Both the position numbers and the translations under genes were made by a program. A stretch of 64,000 bases of DNA, from contig CAVTLK010000005.1 in the NCBI GenBank assembly GCA_963735595.1, forward strand, positions 384,001 through 448,000, written 5' to 3'. Shown here piece after piece: positions 52,985 through 64,000 of this stretch. The first letter of the stretch is position 1, and the number at the start of each line of letters is the position of its first letter. The stretch is from an uncultured delta proteobacterium. GTDB taxonomy: Bacteria; Desulfobacterota; Zymogenia; Zymogenales; Zymogenaceae. The notes beneath the pieces were generated by a model that was given only the letters and a program-made list of their open reading frames with translations, had not been told where the DNA came from and did no database searches.

Positions 52985-54190
52985 ATGAAAATACTGGCCG
53001 TGATCCTGGCGGGGGGGAAGGGGGAGCGGCTCTATCCCCTGACGCGGGACAGGGCCAAGCCCGGCGTCCCCTTTGCCGCTAACTACCGAATCATTGATTT
53101 TACACTGTCCAACTGCGCCAATTCAGACCTGAGAAAGATCGTTCTTCTTACCCAGTACAAATCCTTTTCGCTTGACCGGCACATCCAGCGGGGGTGGAGC
53201 TTTTTCTCCCACCAGATGGGCGAGTATGTCCAGATCGTCCCCGCCCAACAGCGGATCAGTGAAGACTGGTATCAGGGAACGGCCGACGCGGTCTATCAGA
53301 ATATATATATCCTCGAGCAGGAGCGTCCCGATCTCACGCTGGTCCTTTCGGGAGATCACGTCTACCGGATGGACTACCGTAAGCTTATTGCGTCACACCT
53401 GAAGAACGGTGCCGACCTGACCATCGGGGCAATCCCCATGCCGAGAGAGACCTCCACCCAGTTCGGGGTGATGATCGTCGACGAGGACTTCAGGATTACC
53501 GGTTTCCAGGAAAAACCGGAAGACCCGGCGACCATCCCCGGGAAACCCGATCAGATATTGGCCTCGATGGGCATCTACGTCTTCAATACGAGAAACCTCG
53601 TGGTCCGGCTGATGGAGGACGCCAAGCTCTCCGAGAGCTCCCACGATTTCGGCAAGAACGTTATCCCGGCGATGATCGGACGTGATAGGGTCTTTGCCTT
53701 TCCGTTTGTCGACGAGGAAACGAAATGCGCCGCCTACTGGAGGGACGTCGGCACGATCGAGGCATACTGGGAAGCCCATATGAACCTGATATCGAAAAAC
53801 CCGGAGTTTCCCCTCATCGACCGCTCCTGGCCGATCTATACCTATGAGCCGCCCCTGGCGCCGGCCCATATCATCTCCGCCGGCACTCCCGGCGAAGGGA
53901 TCAGGAACTCGATTATATCCGGCGGGACGCAGATAGTCGGGGCCCGGGTGGATGATTCGATCATCGGAAGAAACGTCACGATCCTCGAGGGATGTGAAAT
54001 CTCGCAGTGTATCATCATGGATGACGTGGAAATCAACCGGAACGTCCGGCTGAAAAAGACCATTATCGATAAGCGGGTGGTCATCCCCGAGGGGATGACC
54101 ATCGGCCATGATAACGCCGCCGACGCGGCTCACTTCGACACCAGCCCCACCGGCATCGTGGTAATCCCCAAACGAATGCGCTTTGAATGA
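52985..54190 (+). CDS. glgC: Glucose-1-phosphate adenylyltransferase
   Basis: LAGGKGERL.PLT..RAKPGVPF, YQGTADAV, SGDH, DFGK, YWRDVGT. Confidence 0.96.
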   Translation: MKILAVILAGGKGERLYPLTRDRAKPGVPFAANYRIIDFTLSNCANSDLRKIVLLTQYKSFSLDRHIQRGWSFFSHQMGEYVQIVPAQQRISEDWYQGTADAVYQNIYILEQERPDLTLVLSGDHVYRMDYRKLIASHLKNGADLTIGAIPMPRETSTQFGVMIVDEDFRITGFQEKPEDPATIPGKPDQILASMGIYVFNTRNLVVRLMEDAKLSESSHDFGKNVIPAMIGRDRVFAFPFVDEETKCAAYWRDVGTIEAYWEAHMNLISKNPEFPLIDRSWPIYTYEPPLAPAHIISAGTPGEGIRNSIISGGTQIVGARVDDSIIGRNVTILEGCEISQCIIMDDVEINRNVRLKKTIIDKRVVIPEGMTIGHDNAADAAHFDTSPTGIVVIPKRMRFE

Positions 54191-54266
54191 TGCGTGGTAC
54201 CCGCTATAACGCCGCAGGAGCGGGACGGCCGACCAGGCAAAACACCGCTTTCGGGAGACCGGACTC

Positions 54267-55049
54267 ATGGTAAAAGAGCTTGCTTCAGTCGCGCTTTTTT
54301 TCCTCATCACCGCCGGGTCTTTTTACGGCCTGGCGCTGTCGTGGAAGCGTGTGGGCAGGGCGGGCCGCGCCGCGGTAATCGTCGGCATCGGTGCGGCGTA
54401 CCCTGCCTTAGTATACCTGATTTCGCTCTGGGCGGCGCGCGGCGGGTGGCCCAATGGGATGCCGTATATGATGGTAGCCCTCTTCGTAGGCGTGCCGGCG
54501 ATCGTCGCATTTGCGGTCCTGTTGATCATCGCGTTGTTCGGCGGCGGCTCCGGGCGCAGGGCCGGCATGGTAACCTCCTTTGTCGTGCTGGGCGTCATCC
54601 TTCTAACCCTGGTCTTCAACAAATACGTCCGGCTTGCGTGGTACGGGAGAGACCTGGATAATCCCGATCCCGGCAGGAGGGGCTACGCGGTACTGATGAT
54701 TGGCGAGACCCGACTCAGGGCCGCCGAGCCGATGATTATAGAGGCCGTCAATGATCCGCATCCCTCGGTCCGAAAAGACGCCATACTTGCGCTTGCCACG
54801 ATCGACGATCCGGACACTGCCGCGGTGGTGCGGGCGGCCCTGTTCGACGAGGACGCCGGTGTCAGGGAAACGGCGGTGATGGCCATCGTACCCCTCGGAA
54901 GGGGGGGGCCGGAGGCGATGTCGGACCTGAAGCGAATGCTCACCGACCCCGATCCGCAGGTCCGGGAGGCCGCGGAAAGCGGGCTGGACACGCTTGATCC
55001 GGCGTGGAGGACCGCGCCCGACGCCCCCCAGTCGTACCGAAGGCCCTAA
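54267..55049 (+). CDS. Membrane protein with C-terminal HEAT repeats
   Basis: About four TM helices then D.(D/H)..VR..A repeats. Confidence 0.75.
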   Translation: MVKELASVALFFLITAGSFYGLALSWKRVGRAGRAAVIVGIGAAYPALVYLISLWAARGGWPNGMPYMMVALFVGVPAIVAFAVLLIIALFGGGSGRRAGMVTSFVVLGVILLTLVFNKYVRLAWYGRDLDNPDPGRRGYAVLMIGETRLRAAEPMIIEAVNDPHPSVRKDAILALATIDDPDTAAVVRAALFDEDAGVRETAVMAIVPLGRGGPEAMSDLKRMLTDPDPQVREAAESGLDTLDPAWRTAPDAPQSYRRP

Positions 55050-55114
55050 TCCCCAACCTGTTCCTAAACTCCCCATCGGTAAGAAAACTTTAAGTAACTG
55101 ATGTTCGAAAAGTG

Positions 55115-55140
55115 TTGACACATGCCGACAGGTATGTTAG
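55115..55140 (+). promoter_or_regulatory. Promoter -35 with overlapping imperfect palindrome (possible repressor operator)
   Basis: TTGACA at 55115 overlapping ACATGCC-GACA-GGTATGT (55120-55137). Confidence 0.45.
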
Positions 55141-55228
55141 AGCTTAAAGCGCAACTTCACCCTTTATAACGCCGCTTGCTCCGATTCCGCCCGGAACCCG
55201 ACATACCTTCTCAGTCGGCGGAGGTCTG

Positions 55229-56209
55229 ATGATTTACGACCAGGATCACCGAGCTCCTCGATATCCGCTATCCCATACTCATGGGTGCAATGCACCACAT
55301 CACGATGGCCGAAATGGTCGCCGCCGCTGGCCAATGCCGGATGCATCGGCTTTATCCCCGCCGCATCGTTTGCCGGCCCGGAAGACCTCAGGGGGGAGTT
55401 GGAGAAGGCCCGCGGGCTGACGGACGGGCCGATCGGCCTCAATATCTCGATGCTGCCCGGCGCCGACGCCGGGGCGCTGACCGATGAGTTCGTGAGGGCC
55501 GGCATCGAGGCGCGGGTCGGTGCGTTCGAGACCGCCGGCCGCTCGCCAGAGCACCTGATCGGCCGGATTAAACAGGCCAAATATCCCCATCATCCATAAG
55601 GTCCCGCGGGTCAGGCACGCCGTCCGGGCCGAGGCCGTTGGCGCCGATGCGGTAATAATCCTCGGGTTTGAGGGCGGCGGGTTCGTCGGGTCGGGCGACG
55701 TCGGCTCACTCGTCCAGGTCAACAGGGCCGCACGCACGCTGTCGATACCGGTGATAGCGGGCGGCGGCGTTGCCGACGGGCGGGGACTGGCGGCGATGCT
55801 TGCCCTCGGGGCCGAGGGCGTTTTAATGGGGACACGGTTTCTGGCCTCCCGGGAGGCGCCCGTCGCCGACCGTCTGAAACAGTGGATACTCGGAGCTACC
55901 GAGAACGACACGATGGTCCTGTTCAAGTCCGTGGGGACCCCGGTTCGATCGATACGAAACGAGGCGGCGCTTGCGGTCTCGTCCCTCGAGGCCGAAGGTG
56001 CGACAATGGAACAGGTCCTGTCATACTGCGGGGAGAGGATCGGTGCGTATGCCGCCGCGACCCTCCCCATCGATGACGTGCTCTTTTCCGTGGGCCAGGA
56101 CGTCGGGTTGATCGACGGTATAAAGACTATCCGCGAGATCGTCGACGATATCGTCGGCGATGCCCGGCGTGCCGTCGGCCGGATCGATTCAATCATGGGG
56201 GGGTGCTGA
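55229..56209 (+). CDS. Nitronate monooxygenase/FabK-like flavin oxidoreductase (several apparent frameshifts)
   Basis: TRITELLDIRYPILMGAM, TDGPIGLNI, GFEGGG, PVIAGGGVADGRG, MGTRF over several frames. Confidence 0.8.
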
Positions 56210-56329
56210 CGGACTACGTATCCTGACGATATATTCCACGCTCTCATCCTGACAGGGCCGATTACGTCTAAAATATATCCATAACGATCTACTTTATATA
56301 ATATTATATATGGTATAGGGGGATATCGT

Positions 56330-57883
56330 ATGCGTATCGGAGATCTTCTTAGCAGGGCCGCCCGGTGCTATCCCGAAAAAGAGGCCGTCGTTTTTGAGGA
56401 GACGCGCCTTACGTACCGCCAAATCAACGAACGCACCAACCGGCTTGCGGCGGCGCTCATAGATATGGGGGTGAAGCGGGGGGATCGGGTCGGGGTCATC
56501 TGCCATAATTCCCATAATTTTACCGAGATCTTTTTTGCCTGCGCGAAGATCGGGGCCGCCTCGACGAACCTGAACTGGCGTCTTTCCCCCAGGGAACTTG
56601 CGTTTCTGATAAACGACGCCGGGCCGGATATCGTTTTCTTTTCCAAGCGGTTCGAGTATCTCTTCGAGCCGATGAAGGCGGACCTCAAGAAAAAGCACCG
56701 CTTCGTGGCCGTGGACGGCGTCTTCAATAAAGAGATGACCGATTACGAGAAGCTCATCGCCAAGTACAAGGCGGACGAGCCCCGGGTGACCGTGGCAGAG
56801 GACGATACGGCGCTGCTGCTCTACACCAGCGGGACCACCGGCAGGCCCAAGGGCGTCATGCTGACGCACAAGAATATGATGGCAAACTGCGTCTCCACCA
56901 TCATCGAGATGGAAATGACCAGGGACTGGCATATCCTGGGGCTGCTGCCGATCTTCCATGTCGGCATATTCGTCCTTATCGACATGGTGTGGATCGGCGC
57001 GAGGGTGACCTACGTGCACTCCTTTGACCCCGCGGTGATCTTCGAGATCGTTCAGAAGGAAAAGACTACCGTCACGGCGTTTACCCCGGTCATTTTCAAG
57101 TTCCTCCTGGATCACCCGGATATAGACAAGTATGACCTCAGCTCCCTGAAGACGATCATCTACGCCACCGCGCCGATGCCGGTGGAGCTATTGAAACGAT
57201 CGATCAAGAGGTTCGATTGCGACTTTATCCAGTTCTTCGGGATGACGGAGACCAGCCCCACCCTGACGATGCTGGTCCGGGAGGACCACGTCCTTGATGG
57301 TCCCGAATATAAGGTTAAATGGCTCGGATCGGCCGGCCGCCCCGTCAGCAATGTCCAGGTTCGTGTCGTCGATGAAAACGGCAAGGACTGCGCGCCCGGT
57401 GTGATCGGGGAGATCATCGGGAAGGGCGAAAACGTCATGAAGGGATACTACAATATGCCCGAAGCGACGGCCGAGGCGATCCGGGACGGCTGGTACTACT
57501 CGGGAGATATGGGCTACTTCGATGAATACGGATACCTCTTCATTGCGGACCGGAAGAAAGACATGATCATCTCCGGCGGGGAAAACATCTACCCGCGTGA
57601 GGTGGAAGAGGCCATCCAACTGCTCGAGGGCGTCGCCGACGTGTCGGTCATCGGTGTGCCGGACGACACGTGGGGCGAGGCGGTCAAGGCGATCGTCGTC
57701 AAGAAACCGGGGGCCGAGCTGACCGAAGCGATGGTCATCGACCACTGCAAGAAAAATATCGCGAGCTACAAGAAACCCAAGAGCGTCGATTTTGTCGAGG
57801 CCCTGCCGCGGAGCGCGATGGGCAAGGTCCTCAAGCATGAGCTGCGGGAGCCGTTCTGGAAGGGGAGGGAGAGAAAAATCTAA
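56330..57883 (+). CDS. Long-chain-fatty-acid-CoA ligase
   Basis: YTSGTTGRPKG, FGMTET, SGDMG, DRKKDMIISGGENIYP, GKV. Confidence 0.93.
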   Translation: MRIGDLLSRAARCYPEKEAVVFEETRLTYRQINERTNRLAAALIDMGVKRGDRVGVICHNSHNFTEIFFACAKIGAASTNLNWRLSPRELAFLINDAGPDIVFFSKRFEYLFEPMKADLKKKHRFVAVDGVFNKEMTDYEKLIAKYKADEPRVTVAEDDTALLLYTSGTTGRPKGVMLTHKNMMANCVSTIIEMEMTRDWHILGLLPIFHVGIFVLIDMVWIGARVTYVHSFDPAVIFEIVQKEKTTVTAFTPVIFKFLLDHPDIDKYDLSSLKTIIYATAPMPVELLKRSIKRFDCDFIQFFGMTETSPTLTMLVREDHVLDGPEYKVKWLGSAGRPVSNVQVRVVDENGKDCAPGVIGEIIGKGENVMKGYYNMPEATAEAIRDGWYYSGDMGYFDEYGYLFIADRKKDMIISGGENIYPREVEEAIQLLEGVADVSVIGVPDDTWGEAVKAIVVKKPGAELTEAMVIDHCKKNIASYKKPKSVDFVEALPRSAMGKVLKHELREPFWKGRERKI

Positions 57884-57888
57884 AGAAT

Positions 57889-57924
57889 GGTATTCATCGG
57901 CCGCGTGCGCGGCCGATGAATACC
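57889..57924. repeat. Perfect 17-bp inverted repeat just after the CoA ligase stop
   Basis: GGTATTCATCGGCCGCG-TG-CGCGGCCGATGAATACC. Confidence 0.85.
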
Positions 57925-58334
57925 GATTGATATCGTCATTGCGAGCCGCCGAAGGCGGCGCGGCAATCCCGGACGTTGTTCCAAAAGGGCCTATACGGCA
58001 CCAGGCATGATTAGTACGGGGAGGCGTTTTTCGCGGCCGATGAATACCGATTGATATCGTCATTGCGAGCCGCCGAAGGCGGCGCGGCAATCCCGGACGT
58101 TGTGCCAAAAGGGCCTATACGGCACCAGGCATGATTAGTACGGGGAGGCGTTTTTCGCGGCCGATGAATACCGATTGATATCGTCATTGCGAGCCGCCGA
58201 AGGCGGCGCGGCAATCCCGGACGTTGTTCCAAAAGGGCCTATACGGCACCAGGCATGATTAGTACGGGGAGGCGTTTTTCGCGGCCGATGAATACCGATT
58301 GATATCGTCATTGCGAGCCGCCGAAGGCGGCGCG
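57908..58334. repeat. 124-bp tandem repeat (3 full + 1 partial), each carrying one CGTC arm
   Basis: Unit starts 57908, 58032, 58156, 58280; one substitution (TGTTCC/TGTGCC) in unit 2. Confidence 0.95.
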
Positions 58335-58374
58335 ACCGATCGAGAATACTTCTTGGATATATAAGGATAGACAC

Positions 58375-59523
58375 ATGCAGTACGATCTCTTTTCGAGCGA
58401 ACACGAGCAGTTCAGGCAGCAGGTCAGGAAATTCCTCGCCCAGCAGGTGGCGCCCCACGCGCCGGAGTGGGAGAAAAACCGCGAGATCCCCCGGAAATTC
58501 TGGAAGGACATGGGGGCCATGGGATTCCTGGGGTTCTGCTACGACCCCGCATACGGCGGCGTTGGGGCGGACGACCTCTTCCGCGTGGTGATGGCCGAAG
58601 AGCTGGCCCGCGCCATGATCGGCGGCGTCGGGGTCGCGGTGGCCGGCCACAACGACATGGCCACCACCTATGTCAACCTCCTGGGGACGCACGAGCAGAA
58701 GCTCAAATGGCTTGCCCCCTGCACCACGGGGGAGGCCGTCTGCGCGATCGCCGTGACCGAGCCCGGCACCGGATCGGACGTCTCGGCTATTACGACGCGG
58801 GCCGAAAAGAAGGGCGACAACTACGTCATCAACGGGCAAAAGACGTTTATCACCAACGGTCATTACGGCGACCTCCTGGTTACGGCGGTCAAGACCGACC
58901 CGAAGGCCGAGCCGGCCCACCAGGGGGTGTCGCTTATACTTGTTGAAAAAAACACGCCGGGGGTCGTCTCGCGAAAGCTCGAAAAAACCGGCGGACACGC
59001 CTCTGATACCGCCGAGATCTTCTTCGAGGACGTGAAGGTGCCGGTCGGAAATCTGTTGGGCGGCGAAGGCCAGGGATTCTACGCGATCATGAAGAATTTC
59101 GCGCTCGAGCGGCTGGTTGTCGGCATGCTCTGCGTTTCGATAGCCGAGGTAATCCTGGAAAAGACGATCGAGTATGCCCGGAGCAGGGTCGCGTTCAAAA
59201 AGCCTATCGTGAAGTTCCAGGTGATCAAGCACAAGATCGTCGACATGGCCACGGCGGTCGAGATAAACCGCGCGTTCGGTTACCAGTGCGCAAAGAACTA
59301 CGCGGCGGGCGTGGAGGTGACCAAGGAGATATCGATGTTCAAGGCCGTCGCGGGCGAGATGGTCAACCGGGCGGCGTACGAAGGCACGCAGATACACGGG
59401 GGGTACGGGTGCATGGCCGAATACGACGTGGCCCGCCTCTACCCCGACCTGCGGTCCGTGTCGATCGCCGGGGGAACCACCGAGATCATGAAGGAGATCG
59501 TGGGCAGGCTGATGGGCCTATAG
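58375..59523 (+). CDS. Acyl-CoA dehydrogenase
   Basis: AVTEPGTGSD, NGQKTFITNG, QIHGGYG, IAGGTTEIMK. Confidence 0.95.
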   Translation: MQYDLFSSEHEQFRQQVRKFLAQQVAPHAPEWEKNREIPRKFWKDMGAMGFLGFCYDPAYGGVGADDLFRVVMAEELARAMIGGVGVAVAGHNDMATTYVNLLGTHEQKLKWLAPCTTGEAVCAIAVTEPGTGSDVSAITTRAEKKGDNYVINGQKTFITNGHYGDLLVTAVKTDPKAEPAHQGVSLILVEKNTPGVVSRKLEKTGGHASDTAEIFFEDVKVPVGNLLGGEGQGFYAIMKNFALERLVVGMLCVSIAEVILEKTIEYARSRVAFKKPIVKFQVIKHKIVDMATAVEINRAFGYQCAKNYAAGVEVTKEISMFKAVAGEMVNRAAYEGTQIHGGYGCMAEYDVARLYPDLRSVSIAGGTTEIMKEIVGRLMGL

Positions 59524-59722
59524 GCGTATAGTCCTATAGGCGTATAGTCCAATAGTCCAATAGGCTTTCCCGCGGAGCCGGGCCTGTCGGCGGGGAAAAA
59601 AATAACGGGGTGAGCCGGGCGCGTTTACGTGAAGCCCAGGCGTACCCCGTTATTAATTTCCATCCTGCGGTACGGGAGTCGTCTGTCACGCCCGGATACC
59701 ACGGGAGGCGGTGCGGCCGCTC

Positions 59723-60625
59723 CTATATCATGGTCAGCCATTTGGTGTATTTTTCGATCTCCCCCCGCATGGCCTGGTTCATCCGCTCCTTGACGGCGCA
59801 GGTGACCGGGCCGGGACACGGCCTTTTCAGGTCTTTGCCGTCTATCGAGGCGATCGGCTGCACCTTGACGATGCTCCCCGAGTAGAATGCCTCGTCAAAA
59901 CCGAGCATCTCCTCCGGCCTGATGTCGGTCTCGCTCATGGTATACCCCATGTCCCGGACAAGCTCCATGATCGCGCGCCGCGTTATACCGGGGAGGGCAG
60001 AGGTGAGCGTGGGGGTCTTTACCGTATCGCCGGTCACAAAGAAGACGTTGGAGGTCGCCCCCTCCGCCACGAAACCGGCGGTATCCAGCATGATGACGTC
60101 CTCGTATCCCTTCTTCTTTACTTCCATCTTGGCCAGGAACGCATTGACGTAGTTGCCCACGACCTTGGCATGGACGGGGACGGTGCCGCCGTGGATCTTC
60201 CTGAAAGACGAGATCCCCGCCCTGACCGGCGCCGAGAGGACTTCCTGCTTAACGCCGAAAAGGTCGTAGTCGAGGCAGAAGATCGCGACATCGACCTTCG
60301 GGTTCGAGGGGGTCACCGAAAACTCGATAAGGGGGTAGTAGGCGAAAAACTTGGCCGCACCGCTCTTGACGCCGTTGCCGGCGGCGGTGGCGATGACGGC
60401 GTCGCTGAGCTCCTGCCGCGAGAGGGGAAGCTCCATAAAGGTGAGGGCGGCCGAGTTGAAGAAACGCTCGATATGCTCCGAGAGGCCGAAGAGGGCCGGG
60501 CCCTTCGTCGTGTTGACGATATCCACCACCTCGAAGATTGCCGAACCCCGCGAAAAGCTGTGGGAGAGGAGCGGAACCGTAGCCTTATCCCAGTCAACCA
60601 TTTCTCCGTTTAGCCATGCCTTCAT
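59723..60625 (-). CDS. ilvE: Branched-chain amino acid aminotransferase (class IV)
   Basis: WLNGEMV, HIERF, AKVVGNY, EGATSNVF, LPGITR, PGPVT. Confidence 0.82.
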   Translation of the reverse strand: MKAWLNGEMVDWDKATVPLLSHSFSRGSAIFEVVDIVNTTKGPALFGLSEHIERFFNSAALTFMELPLSRQELSDAVIATAAGNGVKSGAAKFFAYYPLIEFSVTPSNPKVDVAIFCLDYDLFGVKQEVLSAPVRAGISSFRKIHGGTVPVHAKVVGNYVNAFLAKMEVKKKGYEDVIMLDTAGFVAEGATSNVFFVTGDTVKTPTLTSALPGITRRAIMELVRDMGYTMSETDIRPEEMLGFDEAFYSGSIVKVQPIASIDGKDLKRPCPGPVTCAVKERMNQAMRGEIEKYTKWLTMI

Positions 60626-60813
60626 TTCACACTTCCTGTCCTTGTTAGATGTTTACATTGCCCGGACCCGAAAGGAGCCGGGTGCTGCGCGGGCATGTAT
60701 GATAAAGCGGACAAACGATACCATACCGCGGCCGGTTTTTCAATAGTAAATCAGGTGTAATCGCCGTTTGATACCGTTATGGGAGGCAGTACCGGCGCAT
60801 TGGGCCGGGCTGT

Positions 60814-60843
60814 AAAAAGGCGGCCCCTCGGAGAGGGGCCGCC
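60814..60843 (-). terminator. Rho-independent terminator after penicillin acylase gene
   Basis: Minus strand GGCGGCCCCTC-TCC-GAGGGGCCGCC-TTTTT. Confidence 0.8.
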
Positions 60844-60876
60844 CGGTGACACTGAATGTTCGGCGTCGTGGGGTTA

Positions 60877-63268
60877 TCACGGAGCGGGCGTCAGCGTCAG
60901 CAGGTCTTTCAGATCCCGCGCCGTATCAAAGTGCATGGGGATCTGGCCGCCGTCGGCCCATAACCCGGCCTGGTCGTCGTAGTGGGGGCTCTTGAGGAGC
61001 CCCGACTGGCCGGGCGGGGAGACAAAGGTGGAGTTTTCCATGTTGGAAAAGTCAACGATCATCCTTATGACGCCGCCGGACTTCATTTCGAACGGCTTGA
61101 GATTGTCCCAGAGGCCGGCGTTGATCGTAAAGTCGTCTCCGCCCGTGGGTATCGGGCTGAGGTTGAAGAAGGGAAGCTTCTTTCCCATCGGGTGCTCAAA
61201 CCGCATGGTGTGGATGTCTCCCCATCGCCAGTCCGACGGATCATTGCCGATCCGGTCAGAGAGCTCGTCCACCGCCTCGATCATGCTCTTTTTGATGATA
61301 TCGTCTCTGGATTCAGTGATGTCGGCTGTCGCGACATCGTCGAAGAGGGCAAAATCGCGGTTGCCGATGTTCTTGGTCAACACGAGGTCGATGATGTAGA
61401 CGAGGTAGGGCGCTGACAGTTCCCGGAAGAGGTCGTCGCCGATCTCGTCGGCAATCGTGTTTTTCATCATGCGGAAATAGAACGCGTTGAAAAGCGCGGC
61501 GGCCCCGCTCTGCTTGTCTATGCGGAAGTCCCAATCGTCAAAGAGGGCAATCGGCTCTTTGAGCTCCGCGGTCGTCCTGCAGGCGGCCGTGATATAGGGT
61601 ATCCACCGCTCGGCGACCACCGATCCCGTGTCAGTCTGGAGGCCCCGGGCGTCTTCCAATCCGATCGTCTCCGTTTTCTTCATGATCTGGTCAAACCGCA
61701 TCGCCCGCTCGAAGAGGTAGTAGTTCGTCATGGGGTAGGTGGTCGATTTCGGCAGGTTATTGAAGGAGCCAAGATAACCGTTTGCCGGATTGTAGTCGTA
61801 GGGAAGCTCATCGAAGGGCATGATAGCCCACCCACTCGTGGACTCCGTCCCACCCCGGCACCGGCACCGTACCGTTTCCGTTCATACGGATGGGCACCCG
61901 CGCGATATACTGGTAGCCGATGTTCCCTTCCGCGTCGGCATAGCCGATGTTGAGCGTCGGGGTCGCAATGAGGGACAGGGCGGCCCTGAATTCGTTGAAG
62001 TTTTGTGCGCGGTTAAGCGCCAGAAAGCCCGTGAAGATACCCGCCGGCTCAAAGCCGACCCATTTCATGGCGGTGTTGGCGGGGGCCTCCTTGATCACAT
62101 CCGAGATGACGGGGCCGTGCCGGGATACCCTGACGGTCAAGTTTTTCGTGCCTGATCCCCTCCTTGGTCTTGATCGCCAGGGTCTCCTCGATGACCTCGA
62201 AATCACGGTATCCCTCTTCGGTCAGGTACTGGTTCGCGTTATCGGGATTGACCTGCTCGATGAAGTAGTCAAGCTCGTCCACCCGCCCGTTGACCGTGCT
62301 CCAGGCGATGACGCCGTTGGTCCCCAGGACGTTGACCCCCGGCGCCCCGGGCGTGGAACCGCCCATGACGGTAAACCCCGGGGCGGAAAGGTCGATGAGG
62401 TAGAAAAGGGCGGGGATCTTCGGTTCAAGGTCCGGGCTTCCGGTGAAGATCGCCTCTCCGGTCGTAGTCCGGGCGGGGGCGAAGATCATCCAGTTGCTGG
62501 CCGGGACCTCCGGGATAAACGGGGAAGCGACCGGTACGTTTGCGGGACGGGCCGGCGTCGATACGAATGGCGGCGATATCCCCGCCGTCCGCGGGCAGCG
62601 GCGGTTCCCCCTCTTCAGGGGAGACGGTCGGGGCAAAATCGGGATAGCTCGGGGTAAGGAGCGCGAGGATGTCCGGCCCCGCCTTCAGGCCGATGTTGTG
62701 GAGAATGAGGTCGGCCTTCACGGAACGGGTGAGGCTGTAGGCCATGAGGGTGCCGACGACGACGCTGTCTTCCGGCTCCCATGGCTACCGGTTTCGTCCC
62801 GAGGATGGCGTATTCGCGGGGGAGCCTTTTTACCGTCGAGATATAGGCGTTGACGCCCGCGGTATAGGCCTCGATGATCTCCTTCTCGTCCTGCGGCATG
62901 GCGGCGTATTCGGCGCGGGCGGTGCGGTAAAAGCCCAGGGTCTTGAGGTACTTATCGGTGTCGAGGGTGGCCTCCCCGAACAACGAGCTGAGCTCGCCGC
63001 GGCCGGCCAGGCGCGTCATGTCCATCTGGAACATGCGCTCCCGGGCGGTGACGTAACCCTGGGCAAGGAAGAGGTCATGCTCGTTTTCGGCGAACAGATG
63101 GGGGACACCGTAGTCATCGGTGCGCACCTCCACGGGCGCCGAGAGGCCGGAAAGCTCAATACTGCCCGAATAGGGGGGAACGGCCGAGCGGAAGAAGGCT
63201 TGATAAAAGACGTACAGGCCTGCGATAAGAATGATCAGAACAACGACGAATACCTTAGTAATTTTCAT
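60877..63268 (-). CDS. Penicillin acylase family Ntn-hydrolase (broken into about five frames)
   Basis: DDYGVPHL, QGYVTARERMFQMD, SNW nucleophile motif, HGPV, ADAEGNIG, PGQSG..SPHYDDQ. Confidence 0.85.
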
Positions 63269-63310
63269 GGAAAAACCCCCATGATGAATGGCGGTCCGTG
63301 AAAAAAGGCT

Positions 63311-63856
63311 CTATGGCTCCTTCCTGCGCCTTGGGCGTCGTGACGGCCTCGTTCCGCATCTTTTCGAGGGTGCCCTTGGCCGCATCGATTTGTTTCTGGG
63401 TATCGGCGGGCAGGAGCGTTACGGCCGCGTTGACGACCCTGAGCAGGTGCGGGGCGATTCGGGAAGACGAGGTGGCCGAGGGGATAAGGTGGCGGCGATG
63501 ACGACGATAAAACAGGCCACGACAATCCCCTCGAACAGGCCGAAAAAGGCCCCGGCGATACGGTCGTACACCGAGAGGTCCGCGCCGGATATCGCCTTGG
63601 AGATAACGACACCAAGCACGGATACGGCAATCGAGACCGAAAGGAGAATGACGGCAAAGCCGACGATATTAGCGGGCGGGCCCGCGGGGATGATCTCGGA
63701 AAGGTATCCGGCCGCCCAGGGGTATCCGATGAAGGCCACGACGACACCGACGATAACGGCAATCAGAGAAAAGATATCCCGTATGAAACCCTTCGTGATA
63801 CCGTAGATGACGGTCGTGCTAATGAGGACTATCAGGATTATGTCAAAGATACTCAT
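63311..63856 (-). CDS. cvpA: CvpA (colicin V production) family membrane protein (apparent frameshift near 63480; 3' end approximate)
   Basis: MSIFDII..GITKGFIR, DRIAGAFFG. Confidence 0.78.
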
Positions 63857-64000
63857 TGTCACGACCTGCTGATTTTGTATACCAGTCTTTTGTCGGTATG
63901 GACCGGCCGCCTTTTCGCACTTCCGGCGCCGGGCCGTCAACCGACATACCGGCCCATTGAACTATCGGCCTGCCGATCAATAGGCCTACTGGAGATACCA

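Noticed and set aside
57908..58334. Possible CRISPR array
   Set aside because: Whole 124-bp units are near identical, so there are no unique spacers, and no cas genes are present

Overview
GC-rich bacterial chromosomal window, most likely from a Desulfobacterota/deltaproteobacterial-type genome (inferred from gene content and the glyQ-glyS-ppdK synteny). It holds a lipid A/LPS cluster (lpxA, GnnA-like dehydrogenase, lpxB, two PAP2 phosphatases, msbA, a PAP2-WaaA fusion, lpxK, gmhB, Trm112-like, waaF, nearby kdkA), housekeeping genes (alr, glyQS, ppdK, uppP, ftsK, lolA, rimO, dksA-like, eno, glpD, pncB, glgC, ilvE), two tandem outer-membrane beta-barrels, an apbE/NusG-II/Gx triad and fatty-acid catabolism genes. 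Many genes, including normally essential ones, carry single-base frameshifts, often at homopolymers; these look like sequencing errors and become denser after about 50 kb. The most striking signal is a family of CGTC-tagged palindromic repeats (CGTCATTGCGAG...GCAATC) in five intergenic arrays. In two arrays a 96-aa stand-alone GIY-YIG nuclease gene sits in the spacer position of an inverted repeat dimer, with the same arm polarity and its own repeat subfamily. This suggests a REP/REPIN-like system served by a GIY-YIG nuclease instead of a RAYT transposase; the architecture is seen directly, the mechanism is inference. No rRNA, tRNA or CRISPR array was found.
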